A stretch of DNA of 64,000 nt from Candidatus Aminicenantes bacterium. GTDB lineage: Bacteria; Acidobacteriota; Aminicenantia; Aminicenantales; JAFGBC01. Numbering within the stretch: the stretch's first letter is position 1; each line of letters begins with the position of its first letter. The translations under genes were made by a program, and so were the position numbers. Below, one piece after another: positions 27,699 to 38,025 of this stretch. The notes beneath the pieces are model-generated. The model was given only the letters and a program-made list of their open reading frames with translations. It made no database searches and was not told the origin of the DNA. Location: contig OY969696.1 of NCBI GenBank assembly GCA_963702005.1, positions 96,001 through 160,000 on the forward strand, in the 5' to 3' direction.

Positions 27699-29852
27699 TT
27701 GAAGGTGGCAGGTTTTTCATTTCCATTAGGATTAATGAAGATTGCCATGCGTAGAACCATTAATATAATCTTAACTGGGATTATATGCTATCAATTGATA
27801 GCGTCCACCGCAGCTTCTCATTTCAGTCAGACCCAAAATAAAAATGGTCAGATAGCTCTTCAACATGAAGTGACCGTAACGCTCAAGCTGGTCCAGGTTC
27901 AGGTCGTGGACAAGCGCGGGCAACCCGTGACCGGCCTGGAAAAATCGGATTTCGCGCTCAAGGACAACGGGAAACCGAGAGTGATCACGGATTTCGAAAA
28001 GCACATCTCGCCCGAGGCGGCCATACCGCCTGAACCGCCAAGCCCGGCTTCCTCCGGAGTTTCTTCAAGATTGAATAGAAAGTTCATGTTCTTCTTTGAT
28101 TTCGCCTTCAACACTCCGACCGGAGTTAGAAAATCCAAAGAAGCGGCCCTAGATTTCATCGATACCCGGATCAGTCCCGATGATGAGATCGGGGTCGTTT
28201 CATATTCCGCTCGGATGGGCTTGAAGCTCCACGAATTCTTGACCCGAGACCACGCCAAAGTGCGCCAACTCGTCGCTAGCCTGGGCGGAGCACAGGCCAT
28301 GGGCAGGGCGATCGACCTGGGAGATCGCTATTTGGCCGATATGGAAGCCTTAGAGGGAGCCCTGTCGGCTGGAGGACGGGGTGAGTTTATTAATTCGAGT
28401 GCAATTACAGCTAAGATTAATCGAATCAACTATGAAGGTTTTGTGACTGATTTCGCAACTCAGGTCAAGGATTTGGCCTCAACCCTCGGGTATGTTCCAG
28501 GTCAGAAGAATATTATTTTCTTCTCGTCCGGAATTACCAATTTTGTTCTATACGGAAAGCGCCTTGAAGGAACCGCGGGCTATTATGGATCCTTAAGCGA
28601 TAACTGGGGAAACTCGGCTTTACGGGAAGCCTTTTCAGATATGAGTAAAGCGCTGGCCTCCTCCAACTGCATCATTTACACGGTCAATGTCCTAGGCCAA
28701 GCATCCGGCCGCTTCGATGATAGAATGTTATTTCAAGGGTCCGGTTCCTACGATGATAAAAACCTGTCGGGTGATTTGTCGCTCAAGCAATTAGCGAGCG
28801 AAACGGGCGGCCGCTATTTCGACAATGTAAAAAATTATTCGACGATCAATGAGGAAATCCAGAAATCGACCGGCTCCTATTATGTCTTAGGCTATTACAT
28901 CGATGATAAAATAGATGGCAAGTATCATAAGGTCGAGGTCGAGGTCAAACGGAAGGGCTGCCGGGTTTTTGGCCAAAAAGGATATTTTGATCCGAAGCCG
29001 TTCTCTGAACATACGGCGAACGAAAAGCTCCTTCAGCTGATCGACCTGGCCCTGAGCGATCGTCCTTATCTCCAGGAAGCCGTCAATTTTCCGCTGATCG
29101 TCCTGCCCTATGCCCTTGGAGCCAAAGCCGGACTCGCCCTCCTGGCCAAGGTCCCGGCGGGAATGAACAAGCAAATAGCCGGGAAGAAAGCCGAGATCGT
29201 GACCCTCGTCTTCGATCAGAAGCAGGATATGGTAGCGTTTAAAAGGGAAGAGGTCGCCGGGTGGCCCGGGTCGGAGGAGGACGCGTTCGTTTCGTCCCTG
29301 ATCTCTCTTGATCCCGGCGAATACCAATGCCGGGTGGTTCTGAGAAATATGGAAACCGGACTGGGCGCCCGAGGCTCCTGCCGCGTCTCTATACCCGGGG
29401 GCCAGGGTTCGAGATTCATGCTGCTGGCGCCGCTCATCCTCAGGCCGGGGAAAGGAACCGTATTTGTGAACGGCGCGACCGCGACGGTTAAGAATCCGGC
29501 CCGAGTTCTTTTCACCGATATCTATCCTTTCGACACGGAGCGATATTGTCCGCTCACGGAGCCGCTCGCTGGAACGAATACGGAGATCTCGGTTGTTGTC
29601 CGTTGCCAGGGATCCGGCCTCCGGAATCCGGAATTGGTCTTTTCCGCCCAGCTCGTCGCCGTTTCCTCGGGAGAGATCGTCCCGGTTTCGACTTCGGCCG
29701 TCAAACAATCGGAAAACGGTCAGGCGTTCGTGTCCGAATTGCGGCTCATAACGGGAGAGCTCAAGCCGGGCGAATATACCCTGACCTTGTTCGCGGGCGA
29801 GAAGAATTCGGGGCAGAGCTCGACGGCGACATGCAGCTTCAAGGTCGACTGA
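27699..29852 (+). CDS. VWA domain protein of the Acidobacterial VWFA-related type (likely start 27747)
   Basis: VTVTLKLVQVQVVDKRGQPVTGLEKSDF, KNIIFFSSG, LKQLASETGGRYF, SYYVLGYY...GKYHKVEVEVKRKG. Confidence 0.88.
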   Translation: MKVAGFSFPLGLMKIAMRRTINIILTGIICYQLIASTAASHFSQTQNKNGQIALQHEVTVTLKLVQVQVVDKRGQPVTGLEKSDFALKDNGKPRVITDFEKHISPEAAIPPEPPSPASSGVSSRLNRKFMFFFDFAFNTPTGVRKSKEAALDFIDTRISPDDEIGVVSYSARMGLKLHEFLTRDHAKVRQLVASLGGAQAMGRAIDLGDRYLADMEALEGALSAGGRGEFINSSAITAKINRINYEGFVTDFATQVKDLASTLGYVPGQKNIIFFSSGITNFVLYGKRLEGTAGYYGSLSDNWGNSALREAFSDMSKALASSNCIIYTVNVLGQASGRFDDRMLFQGSGSYDDKNLSGDLSLKQLASETGGRYFDNVKNYSTINEEIQKSTGSYYVLGYYIDDKIDGKYHKVEVEVKRKGCRVFGQKGYFDPKPFSEHTANEKLLQLIDLALSDRPYLQEAVNFPLIVLPYALGAKAGLALLAKVPAGMNKQIAGKKAEIVTLVFDQKQDMVAFKREEVAGWPGSEEDAFVSSLISLDPGEYQCRVVLRNMETGLGARGSCRVSIPGGQGSRFMLLAPLILRPGKGTVFVNGATATVKNPARVLFTDIYPFDTERYCPLTEPLAGTNTEISVVVRCQGSGLRNPELVFSAQLVAVSSGEIVPVSTSAVKQSENGQAFVSELRLITGELKPGEYTLTLFAGEKNSGQSSTATCSFKVD

Positions 29853-30068
29853 CGAATATTTTTTCGTCCCGTAAGTATCATGTTCTAATCCGAGGCTCCA
29901 GCAGAAGTTCCCCCATTTATTAGGAATCGAATAGTCCAGGCTGAAGCGTAATTGGGGTTGGGGGGCAAGGACGATGAGAGACTACGGACTCCGGTCGTGC
30001 GACTGAACAGACAGTGCTTGATCCCGTTGGCCAGTGCATAGAGCCGAAAGTCCGGGCGGGGATGATAT

Positions 30069-30164
30069 GGACCCGACCGATATCGTCCATCCTGGCGCAA
30101 CTGGCGAAGCCGTTTTTCCTCAGTTCCCGCAAAAAGCGGCTTTAAAGTATCAGAATGGCTAATA
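30069..30164. repeat. repeat family R, part A
   Basis: Close match to 18475..18570. Confidence 0.8.
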
Positions 30165-30677
30165 GGGCAAAGGCAGAGGGCACAATAATCCATCTTCAGA
30201 AAGATCCTCGGCCGTCCATAGAATGGAGAAACCCTTATATATCATAGGCTCAAGAGCGTTTGTCGCACCGAAGCAGCAGCCCCCCTCGCCTATCAGGAAC
30301 TTCAGATGGCCTCCGAGACAGAGGGTGAGCGTTTTTCATGATCCCGTCGTTTCCTTAGAGGAGAGGTCGGTCGGATTTTCAGCACTTTTGAGCTTTCCTG
30401 TGGCCTTTACGTCCGCCTACAGCTCTTCTTGAGAGCAATTTGACATATAATGACGCTGCGCTTTATCATTCCTAACGATGGAGGGGGAAAAGGGTATATA
30501 TATTCTCATCGAGCCGGAGCAGCAGAAAAGGAAATTACTATTAATAATGAAGTTTTCAGCATGGAGAAATCAATAAAATCCTACTTGTGGCAAAAAAGGC
30601 AATATCGAATCAAAAATAGAACTTCCCGAAATATATCACGAATACTTGATATTCGGTAGAGGAGAGGAGAAATAGAG

Positions 30678-31106
30678 ATGAAATTAAAAAAGGCAATCCG
30701 AATTTGCGTACTCATGGCTATACTTATTGCTCTACTAGGTGTCCTCGGTCCGTACCTCTCTCATCGCCTTCAGGACAACTGGGCTTTCATGGGGATGGGA
30801 GTAGGCGTTACGGTCATATCATTCTTCGGTCTCTTGGTTCTTTGTCAGACCAACGAGGAGCGGTGGAAAATCACCGCAGACACCATGCGAACAGCTATCG
30901 CTGGGACCATTGTGATCGTATACCTGGTCCTGGTTGGAACAGTGGCCTTTATATCGAAGGGTAAGATGGCGGAAATCACTCGAACGATGATAACGAACTT
31001 CACTGCCATCGTAGGTATTGTCATTGCATTCTATTTCGGATCGTCGGCTTACATCCAAGCACAAAGGGAAAAGCAGGAGAACAAAAGAGCCAAATCTGAC
31101 GAGTGA
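30678..31106 (+). CDS. four-TM membrane protein
   Basis: Strong GGAG-rich RBS; four hydrophobic helices; IAFYFGSS motif. Confidence 0.75.
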   Translation: MKLKKAIRICVLMAILIALLGVLGPYLSHRLQDNWAFMGMGVGVTVISFFGLLVLCQTNEERWKITADTMRTAIAGTIVIVYLVLVGTVAFISKGKMAEITRTMITNFTAIVGIVIAFYFGSSAYIQAQREKQENKRAKSDE

Positions 31107-31224
31107 AAGAAACAGGCACGCCCCTTTGAAGGTACGCGTCAAGTAGGCGGTCATACCCGGGGGCTGCCGATAAGCTCCTCCCAAATTCATATGACGAAAG
31201 GCCTAATCCCTCTCAAGATCGAGA

Positions 31225-31300
31225 GGACCGAACTGGGGTAACCGGCAAAGCCGTTCTTCGGCTTTTCCCCAAAATGCAGCTTTTTGATATCAGAATGGCA
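31225..31300. repeat. repeat family R, diverged part A
   Basis: AACCGGCAAAGCCGTT...AAAATGCAGCTTTT..TATCAGAATGGC. Confidence 0.6.
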
Positions 31301-31338
31301 AGCGCTTATAAGGACACTTGCTCCTTTTCTCAAACGAG

Positions 31339-33144
31339 TCAAAACTCCATCACCACTCTTCTCAGCACCTGGCCCAGCTTCGCCCAGGGATACAGATTGG
31401 ATACCTGTTCGGCGTCCGTTGAAGCGCATATGGCTTCGTAGACCATCCTGGAGCCCTCCATCTCCAGCTTCCCGAGCACCGGGCTGAAATAGGCCTTGCG
31501 CTCCTGCGGATGGCCGTAATCCATGCGCCAGTGCGGGTTCTTCGCCCAGGCGGTTGGTTCTCTTGAGGCCTCGTTCGTCGTCCCGGCGCATATGCCATAG
31601 ACCGGCTTGCCCTGGCCGTCCGCGCCAATTTTCTTGAAGAACTCCACATGGTCATGCCCCTTGATGAAGGCCCTGACGCCCTTCTTCAGGGCGATGCCGG
31701 TTATCCCCGTTTGCTCGATTTTCCCGGGGTCCAGTCCATGCCTCAGACAATCGCCGTTCGTGAAAACCGGACCCATGCCGCGAGCTCCCTTTTTGGTTCC
31801 GAAAACATTGGTCGGGTATCCGCCGACGACATGATGAAGGATGATGATTTTCAGATCGGCGTTGCTCCTGTCCATCTCGTCCGCATACCAGGCTTTTTGA
31901 GCGGTCCCCAGCGTGTAATCTTCCGGGCTAGCCGGATATGCTTTCAGGTAGCCTCTGGCATCGAGGAAGACGAATTCAAATCCGCCGTCCTTCCAGAACG
32001 CTTTGTAGTAATTCTGGTCCGTCGAACCGCCTTCCGGCGTGCCGGGCTGACGCCATAACCTCTTCCTCCATTTCACCGCGAATGGCCGGGTTGCTTTCCA
32101 TCCGTCCTCTCCGTCGTGATTCCCAACGGCGTCGAAAATTGAACACAGGGGAGTGAGCAAGGACAGCGTTTTCCTCTCGCGCCCCCACAGGTTTTTAAGA
32201 TTGCCGTCAACGTCGCCTGGCGGAAGACCCTGTCTGGCATAATGGTAAACGCCTATCATGTCTCCCACCATGAGGATAATGTCCGGCTGTTCGCCCTTGT
32301 TGAAGATGTAAGCCGCCGCTTCCGCAAGATGGAACGTATTCCTGAGGTGGCCGGGTTTCAGATTTTCAAGCTTGCTGCCTTTGAAGCAATACGGATCCTT
32401 GAGCAGTTTTTCAAAGAAATAGTGAAAATATTCTCCATCCAGGCCGCTGGCGGCCGGGCTTTTCTTGCTGCCAGGCAGCGGCTCCGCCTTGATGAAATTA
32501 TCATCAAACAGGTGCGGGTCCGCGATGACATACGCCATCATTCTTTTCTTGTATTTCGGGTGCCCGAAACGGCAGGATGGCGAAACCGGCCTCTTCCTGC
32601 CTTTTCCGCACAGCATCACTTGATAATAAATTTCCTCGCTTTCGATTTCGTCGACGGGAATGAGCGCGTCCGCGTCGCCTTTGACGCCGCTTAGTCTGTA
32701 AACCCGCCGGCCCGCTGAGCGCGCCGACAAATCGGGCCTGTCGCTTAACGTTATTTCCAGGTCCACATTCTCCTTTGTTCCTATGCTGATGCATACGTAG
32801 TGAGGATTCTTGTCTATCGCCACGGCCCTTTCGAACGCCTTTCGAGGGACGAAGCAATTATCCGGGTTCGATATCTGGAGCAACCTCACGGGATCCATCA
32901 GAAGCGAGTCTCCCCTGAGATGCACGATTCTTGGCATGTATTTGAGCTCGGGAGGCCATGGACGGAGGGCGCCGAATGTTTCCATCTGTTCTTCGGCCCA
33001 GGCCTTGAGATTCCATCCGCCTTGCGAATACGCGCTTTCTCGTCTTCCTGGGATATGGGATGCCATCAGGCCGTCAGGCAACAGCGCCGCGGCCAGGCCG
33101 GCCGCCATGCCCGAGCCGAGCCTGATGAACTCCCTCCTGGCCAT
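31339..33144 (-). CDS. Tat-exported calcineurin-like metallophosphoesterase
   Basis: MARREFIRLG Tat motif; ADPH, VGD, GNHD, LHH and GHDH motifs. Confidence 0.88.
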   Translation of the reverse strand: MARREFIRLGSGMAAGLAAALLPDGLMASHIPGRRESAYSQGGWNLKAWAEEQMETFGALRPWPPELKYMPRIVHLRGDSLLMDPVRLLQISNPDNCFVPRKAFERAVAIDKNPHYVCISIGTKENVDLEITLSDRPDLSARSAGRRVYRLSGVKGDADALIPVDEIESEEIYYQVMLCGKGRKRPVSPSCRFGHPKYKKRMMAYVIADPHLFDDNFIKAEPLPGSKKSPAASGLDGEYFHYFFEKLLKDPYCFKGSKLENLKPGHLRNTFHLAEAAAYIFNKGEQPDIILMVGDMIGVYHYARQGLPPGDVDGNLKNLWGRERKTLSLLTPLCSIFDAVGNHDGEDGWKATRPFAVKWRKRLWRQPGTPEGGSTDQNYYKAFWKDGGFEFVFLDARGYLKAYPASPEDYTLGTAQKAWYADEMDRSNADLKIIILHHVVGGYPTNVFGTKKGARGMGPVFTNGDCLRHGLDPGKIEQTGITGIALKKGVRAFIKGHDHVEFFKKIGADGQGKPVYGICAGTTNEASREPTAWAKNPHWRMDYGHPQERKAYFSPVLGKLEMEGSRMVYEAICASTDAEQVSNLYPWAKLGQVLRRVVMEF

Positions 33145-33246
33145 CCTGCCGCCGGCCGCGGCCTCACTGGAGGATTTAAATACCTCTTGCTTATTAAGAA
33201 TTGGGTCAGTTGGCGAGTTTGCATATAAAGGACAATTGACAAGGAA

Positions 33247-33864
33247 GTGGAGAGGATGGATATCCGAGGCGATTTAAGAATTAAATACCTGGAAAAAGAA
33301 GATGTTTTCAGGCTTTTCAGAGCGATTCCTGCGCACTGCTACCGCGACAGAGCCATGTTTGACCTGATATATCGGCATGGTTTGAGAAGAATTGAAGTCA
33401 CCTGGCTGAGAAATGATTGGATTGGCAAAAGCCGCATCTGGATTAAGCGAGCGAAAAACGGAGTCTCTCAGGAATATAATCTTCACCCTGACTCGCAGAA
33501 GCTCATCAGCAGGTATCTCATCCAAAGGGGAGAAGCTGCAAACCCTTTCCTATTCATTGGCAGGGAAAGCGGGGAGAACAAATCAATTTCGAAGGGAATG
33601 ATTTATCATCTGTTCAGAAAATACGCGGAAAAAGCTAAGATTCCTCCGGATAAAAGGTTCGTTCACGTTCTAAGACACTCGATTGCCGTCCATCTTTTGA
33701 ATGCGGGATGGGACATTAGCGACGTCCAGGATTGGCTTGGCCACAAGGATGTCAGAAACACGTTAATCTACGGAAAAATCTCGAATAAGAGAAGGGATAT
33801 GCAGTTTCAAAAATTACTAAGGTCTGGGGAAATCGCCGATACTTTGGCGGAAAGCGGGGTTTAG
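33247..33864 (+). CDS. short tyrosine recombinase (catalytic domain only, FimB/FimE-like size)
   Basis: HGLRRIE (R), RAKNG (K), HVLRHS (HxxR), LGH, TLIY (Y). Confidence 0.92.
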   Translation: MERMDIRGDLRIKYLEKEDVFRLFRAIPAHCYRDRAMFDLIYRHGLRRIEVTWLRNDWIGKSRIWIKRAKNGVSQEYNLHPDSQKLISRYLIQRGEAANPFLFIGRESGENKSISKGMIYHLFRKYAEKAKIPPDKRFVHVLRHSIAVHLLNAGWDISDVQDWLGHKDVRNTLIYGKISNKRRDMQFQKLLRSGEIADTLAESGV

Positions 33865-34034
33865 AGGGCTGAAAATGAGTTGTTTAATTTATGCATTAAC
33901 ATTAACTTAGGTCATATTCTACATGAAATAACGAATTTGTAAAGTCCTTATTTATCCGCGTTATCTGCATCCCCTCATCGACCTAAATATTGCCTTCATA
34001 TTCTCAATTCCTTTTTTCTTCTAATCGCTAAAAC

Positions 34035-34072
34035 GGTCATGACGGGCGGACCGTCAAAGCACCTTCATAAAG
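34035..34072. repeat. repeat family R, part B
   Basis: GGTCATGACGGGCGGACCGTCAAAGCACCTTCATAAAG vs GGTCGGGACTGGCGGGCCTTCAAAGCACCTTCAAAAAG at 18572-18609. Confidence 0.65.
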
Positions 34073-34106
34073 CTCCTCAAATGCTTAAACTTTAGGGATA
34101 ACCCCA

Positions 34107-36196
34107 TCAGAGTCTCTTAATAGGAATTGGCTTGACTAAATAGCGTTCCTGGACTATTTCACCTTTAAGAAGTTTGTCCGTTATAGAAAATATCGTATCA
34201 ATATAAACGGAAAGATTCTGATCGATAGTTCCTACGATTGTGTCAGTCCTGTCGATAAGAAATATATTTTGCATTTCTATGGTATTGTTGAATCCAACAA
34301 TTCCAAAATTACGGTTTTCTAGATCATTTGCTAATTGTGCGCAAAGAGCAGTATATACACCTAGAGCCATTTCATCATTGCAGCAGAATATCCCTTGATA
34401 TTTAGATAAATCTGCGTCTTCAATAAAATTCGTGAAAACATATTGAGCCTTCTGGCGCTGAAAACCTCCAGAAGAAAGAATCTTTACTCGGCTATCAGGA
34501 TAAGCTTGATTAACGAACTCCATAAATCCAAGAATTCTTGCTTGTGAATGAGGGGCATCCTCAATGCCCGGCATAGCTAGGAAATTTACCCTTCCTATAT
34601 CACTAGGAATTTTTCCTAAAAGCATCTTAGCAGCCATTCGTCCACCTTCTCTATTGTCAATTTGGACAATAGGAGGAACTTGGTAATTATTTTTATGGAA
34701 GAATTCATAACCGAAGAACTCGGTATCAATTGTCATCAACGGAGCCTTAATATTAATAAAATATTTCTGAAACAAATCCATAAAAGCACGAGATGGAGAT
34801 GGAACCATTATGATCAGGTCGGGCTTATGTATTTCAAGAATACTATTCATTTCAGCCAGAATAGCGGTCATGCATGCAGAATCGTAATCGGCAAGAGGGT
34901 CTGGTGCTACCATGGAGAACACCATGCCACGCTTGTGCGCGAGAGCGGCCAAGCGACTTACAAAATCAGCCCAGAATCCAAGTCTAACTGAAACATAAGG
35001 AAAAAAAAGAATTCGCGGAGAATCGTGGACAGTTAAAACTTGAGAAGAAGGACTCTTTTTTTCTTCTTTGACTCTAGCGAAGTTTCTTGGTCCTTTAAGG
35101 CTAATGATTTGTTATTTAACTCTTGCCAGATCAAAGCTTCAATTTCCTGAGAACGAACATCTGAAATATCCAGACTGCCGCGCATTTCATCAAGGAACTT
35201 GCGTTCTTCTTCTTGTATAATTCCATCCACAAGAGACATTCGCACAGCGTTGATATATATCTTCTCTACATCAATCTCGGCAGGACCGATTTTATCTGTA
35301 AAAAAGGAGCCAAATCTTTCTTTGAAGTCTTCAAATATCCGATCAGCTTTATAAATATTACCAGTGTGATGGCAAAGGTATTCTATGTTATGTTTTAAAT
35401 CGCTACTCTGAAGCATGAAAACCTCATCCATTGAATAAATAATTAAGGGATGGATAGCAAAAGCAGGAATCTCATTATCCGGACCACATATAAAGAGCTG
35501 TTTGTCGAAACCAATTAAGGATTTCTCTCTTGGAGCTATATAATCACCCATTGAAACTTTAGATGTTCCCATAAGGCGGTACAATGTATGAACAAAACTA
35601 TGACGTTCAACTCGAATTTCTGATAGGTATACTAAGGGAATACGACTTAAGATATTCAAGTGCAGAAGCAGATCAATGACAGCTTTTTCAAGTATAGGAG
35701 TATATTTTTCTATATGATCACTTTGTGGAGATCCATGTCCTGCAGTTTTATTGCGATAAGTGACCATCAGTTCCATAAACCCGAACATTGTAGCAGTATC
35801 ATATTGAGTCCCTTTTCCTGGTTCTAAAAATTCTTTAATAGAATTAAATCCAGCTAATAGATTAATACGCTCCTTACTTTTCTCAAAGATATCTGGAGGA
35901 AACACCGATATTCCAGCTAATTGATTATATTTACTGCATAATCGGAAGAGATTTAACCAATGACCTAATGAAGGCCTCATAATATAAGTCAATGCAAAGT
36001 TAATCTTTTGGTCATCATGGGTAGTTTGAAGGTATTGAGCAATTGTGATGCATGAACAATACATAATTGTTGTTTCGAACAGATAACGTATTTTATTCCA
36101 TCTATCAAGCGTATCCCTCGCACCCAGCACCTTCTCATAACATTTTGCAATCGGATAAGGATATTCATGAAGGATCGACTCTACAATATTATCCAT
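34107..36196 (-). pseudogene. single frameshifted gene: unknown N-terminal domain, TerB-like segment and LacI-type sugar-binding domain
   Basis: The frame of 34107..34952 stays open to 35111 (RILFFPYVSVRLGFWADFVSRL) without an ATG and overlaps 35033..36196 across an A7 tract (35056-35062); IDNREGGRMAA and CCNDEMALG binding-protein motifs. Confidence 0.7.
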
Positions 36197-36494
36197 CTCA
36201 ACACTTCCTTATTTATTGTTTTAATAGAATTCAAATGGCATTAATCTTGCCATCGAAATTTTAACTCCCCCATTTTCCTTTTTCCCTTTTATCTCGAATT
36301 CATTACATCATAAGAAAAATCTGATGTCAATTCCGATGGTTACTTTGCGGCCTATGTTTCAAGTTATAATAATTTTTCATAAGAATTATAATTAGAATGA
36401 AAACTGAGCCTCTTTAAACGCAATAATAGCATCTTCTGCGCATACCCAATTTTAATCCCTCTTCTTAATTCGTTTTCTACCTCTGGGGATTCCC

Positions 36495-37157
36495 ATGAAA
36501 AAGAAGCTCTCCTCTTTCGATTCTGAGAAGGATGTTTGGTATTACCAGCCTAAGATTTACATAGATACGAAGAGCCTGACCTATTCTCTTTACGACGAGT
36601 CCCCCGAATTCCGGTCATTCCTGTCCCGCGACCTGTCGAGGAAACTTGTCGACGGGCTAGATTCTCTTCTTGAGAACGGGAATGACAAGAATAAGGGCAA
36701 ACTGAAGAAGAGAAACGGCCAGAACGGCTCGGACATGGGCGCGCTACTGAAGACGAACGGGAAGCTGAAGAAGCCGGTAATCAGCTTCTTTGCCGACAAG
36801 GCTAAGGTCCTTAAGGAAGAGATAGATAAAATCAACCAAGACGCGGAGGAGCGGAAAAGACTTCACAGAGAAACGAAGGATGAAATATGTGCCGATTCGA
36901 AAGAGATCAGAAGGCTGCTGCAGGAAATCTCGCTATATTCGCCGGGAACGAAGCACTCGATTGACTTGCGACGAATAGAGCTTGAACGGGAGATGCTCGG
37001 CCTACGGAAGGAATCGAGAATTGCGGGCCTTTCATTATGGAAGGATTCCGTAATGCTTCGCCACGAGCTGCGCGAAATCATTTTCGAGTATCAGGCGCTG
37101 AAAAGGATGGCGGAGCTGGTCGAGAACGGAGGCGGCAAGAATGGCGTTTCAGGGTGA
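36495..37157 (+). CDS. coiled-coil hypothetical protein, 220 aa
   Basis: Long charged heptad C-terminal half; GC-rich codon usage like the ATPase gene. Confidence 0.75.
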   Translation: MKKKLSSFDSEKDVWYYQPKIYIDTKSLTYSLYDESPEFRSFLSRDLSRKLVDGLDSLLENGNDKNKGKLKKRNGQNGSDMGALLKTNGKLKKPVISFFADKAKVLKEEIDKINQDAEERKRLHRETKDEICADSKEIRRLLQEISLYSPGTKHSIDLRRIELEREMLGLRKESRIAGLSLWKDSVMLRHELREIIFEYQALKRMAELVENGGGKNGVSG

Positions 37158-37215
37158 GTCCGCCGACCACGAGAATGTAACTTCATAAGCCTAGAAATAA
37201 GCAAACCTGGAAATT

Positions 37216-37590
37216 TCAAAAAGCCCTGTTCGGCTGGGCCAAGGTAACGAGCGAGTTCAGGGCTTCCTCTTTCTGATTGTGCATGAAAACGAAGCCGTAA
37301 TAGACGTAGATCGCATCGCCCCTGTTCTCCGTCCTCAGCGTCGCGGACTTAATACTCGAAAGTTCTTCCTTTCTGAGATAAAGGCTGATGTTCCTGAGGA
37401 GCTTCGAAGCATTAAGTATCTCCAGCCCCACGGCCCTTTTCATGTCGGCATCGAAGTCTATGATGAAATCTCCTATCTCGACGCTTCCCTTGGCCTTTTC
37501 GCTGCCCCTGTGCAGGAGCAGGATGTCATCTTCCACGTCATACGAGAATTGCGTTTCGGCTTTCATTTCCACCACATCCTTTTCTGCCAT
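37216..37590 (-). CDS. DUF2283 family protein (putative antitoxin)
   Basis: FSYDVEDDILLLHR....KGSVEIGDFIIDFD....AVGLEILNASKLL. Confidence 0.85.
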   Translation of the reverse strand: MAEKDVVEMKAETQFSYDVEDDILLLHRGSEKAKGSVEIGDFIIDFDADMKRAVGLEILNASKLLRNISLYLRKEELSSIKSATLRTENRGDAIYVYYGFVFMHNQKEEALNSLVTLAQPNRAF

Positions 37591-37880
37591 TTGTTTACTA
37601 TTTCATAGGCAGTCTTGACCTTTATCCTTTCGTTCAGAGTGATTATGAGGCCGAGCGTCCTGGCCCTGCTCAGCCTGAACCATAATTTATACTTGAATTC
37701 CGAGGGATTTAAAGATTCCTGCTCCGTCGCCCTGATCAGGTTTTTCGGGTTCATCAGGTTCTGCCTGATGACTTCTTCTTTTATGCCCCTGTAGGCGCGG
37801 TCCTGCGCTACATGGGACGATATGATTATTTTGTCCTCTCCAAAGCTTTTAAGCCACTCCCTCAGATTCTGGCGCTTCAT
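37563..37880 (-). CDS. putative RelE-fold/DUF4258-like toxin paired with DUF2283
   Basis: IIISSHV..DRAYRGI.EE.I...L...P...IKVKTAY; basic protein overlapping the DUF2283 start. Confidence 0.6.
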   Translation of the reverse strand: MKRQNLREWLKSFGEDKIIISSHVAQDRAYRGIKEEVIRQNLMNPKNLIRATEQESLNPSEFKYKLWFRLSRARTLGLIITLNERIKVKTAYEIVNKWQKRMWWK

Positions 37881-38025
37881 GCGAACCGATATGCCTATTT
37901 GGCCTGAGTTCATAAATGCTTTTTGACGAACCCCTGCGGCTCATCTACTCTCTGCATTCCATCATCCGCATATTCCGCCTTCTGCATCGGCCAGCCTCTT
38001 CATTAAGCTTTCCGTCGTTTCGTTA

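Noticed and set aside
28887-29708. 273 aa minus-strand ORF and similar long overlapping ORFs (e.g. 162..731, 23232..23825, 38023..38595, 54819..55496, 56067..56810)
   Set aside because: Shadow frames of GC3-rich genes, with no RBS or motifs
29885-30659. Short ORFs between the VWA gene and 30678
   Set aside because: They overlap repeat R, lack an RBS and show no recognisable composition
18662-33144. Diversity-generating retroelement TR/VR pair (duplicated gene 3' ends)
   Set aside because: Differences between copies are not adenine-specific and no reverse transcriptase is in the window
8160-33864. Classical integron (intI plus attC cassettes)
   Set aside because: The recombinase is only 205 aa with no IntI insertion, genes lie in mixed orientations, and no repeated attC sites were recognised
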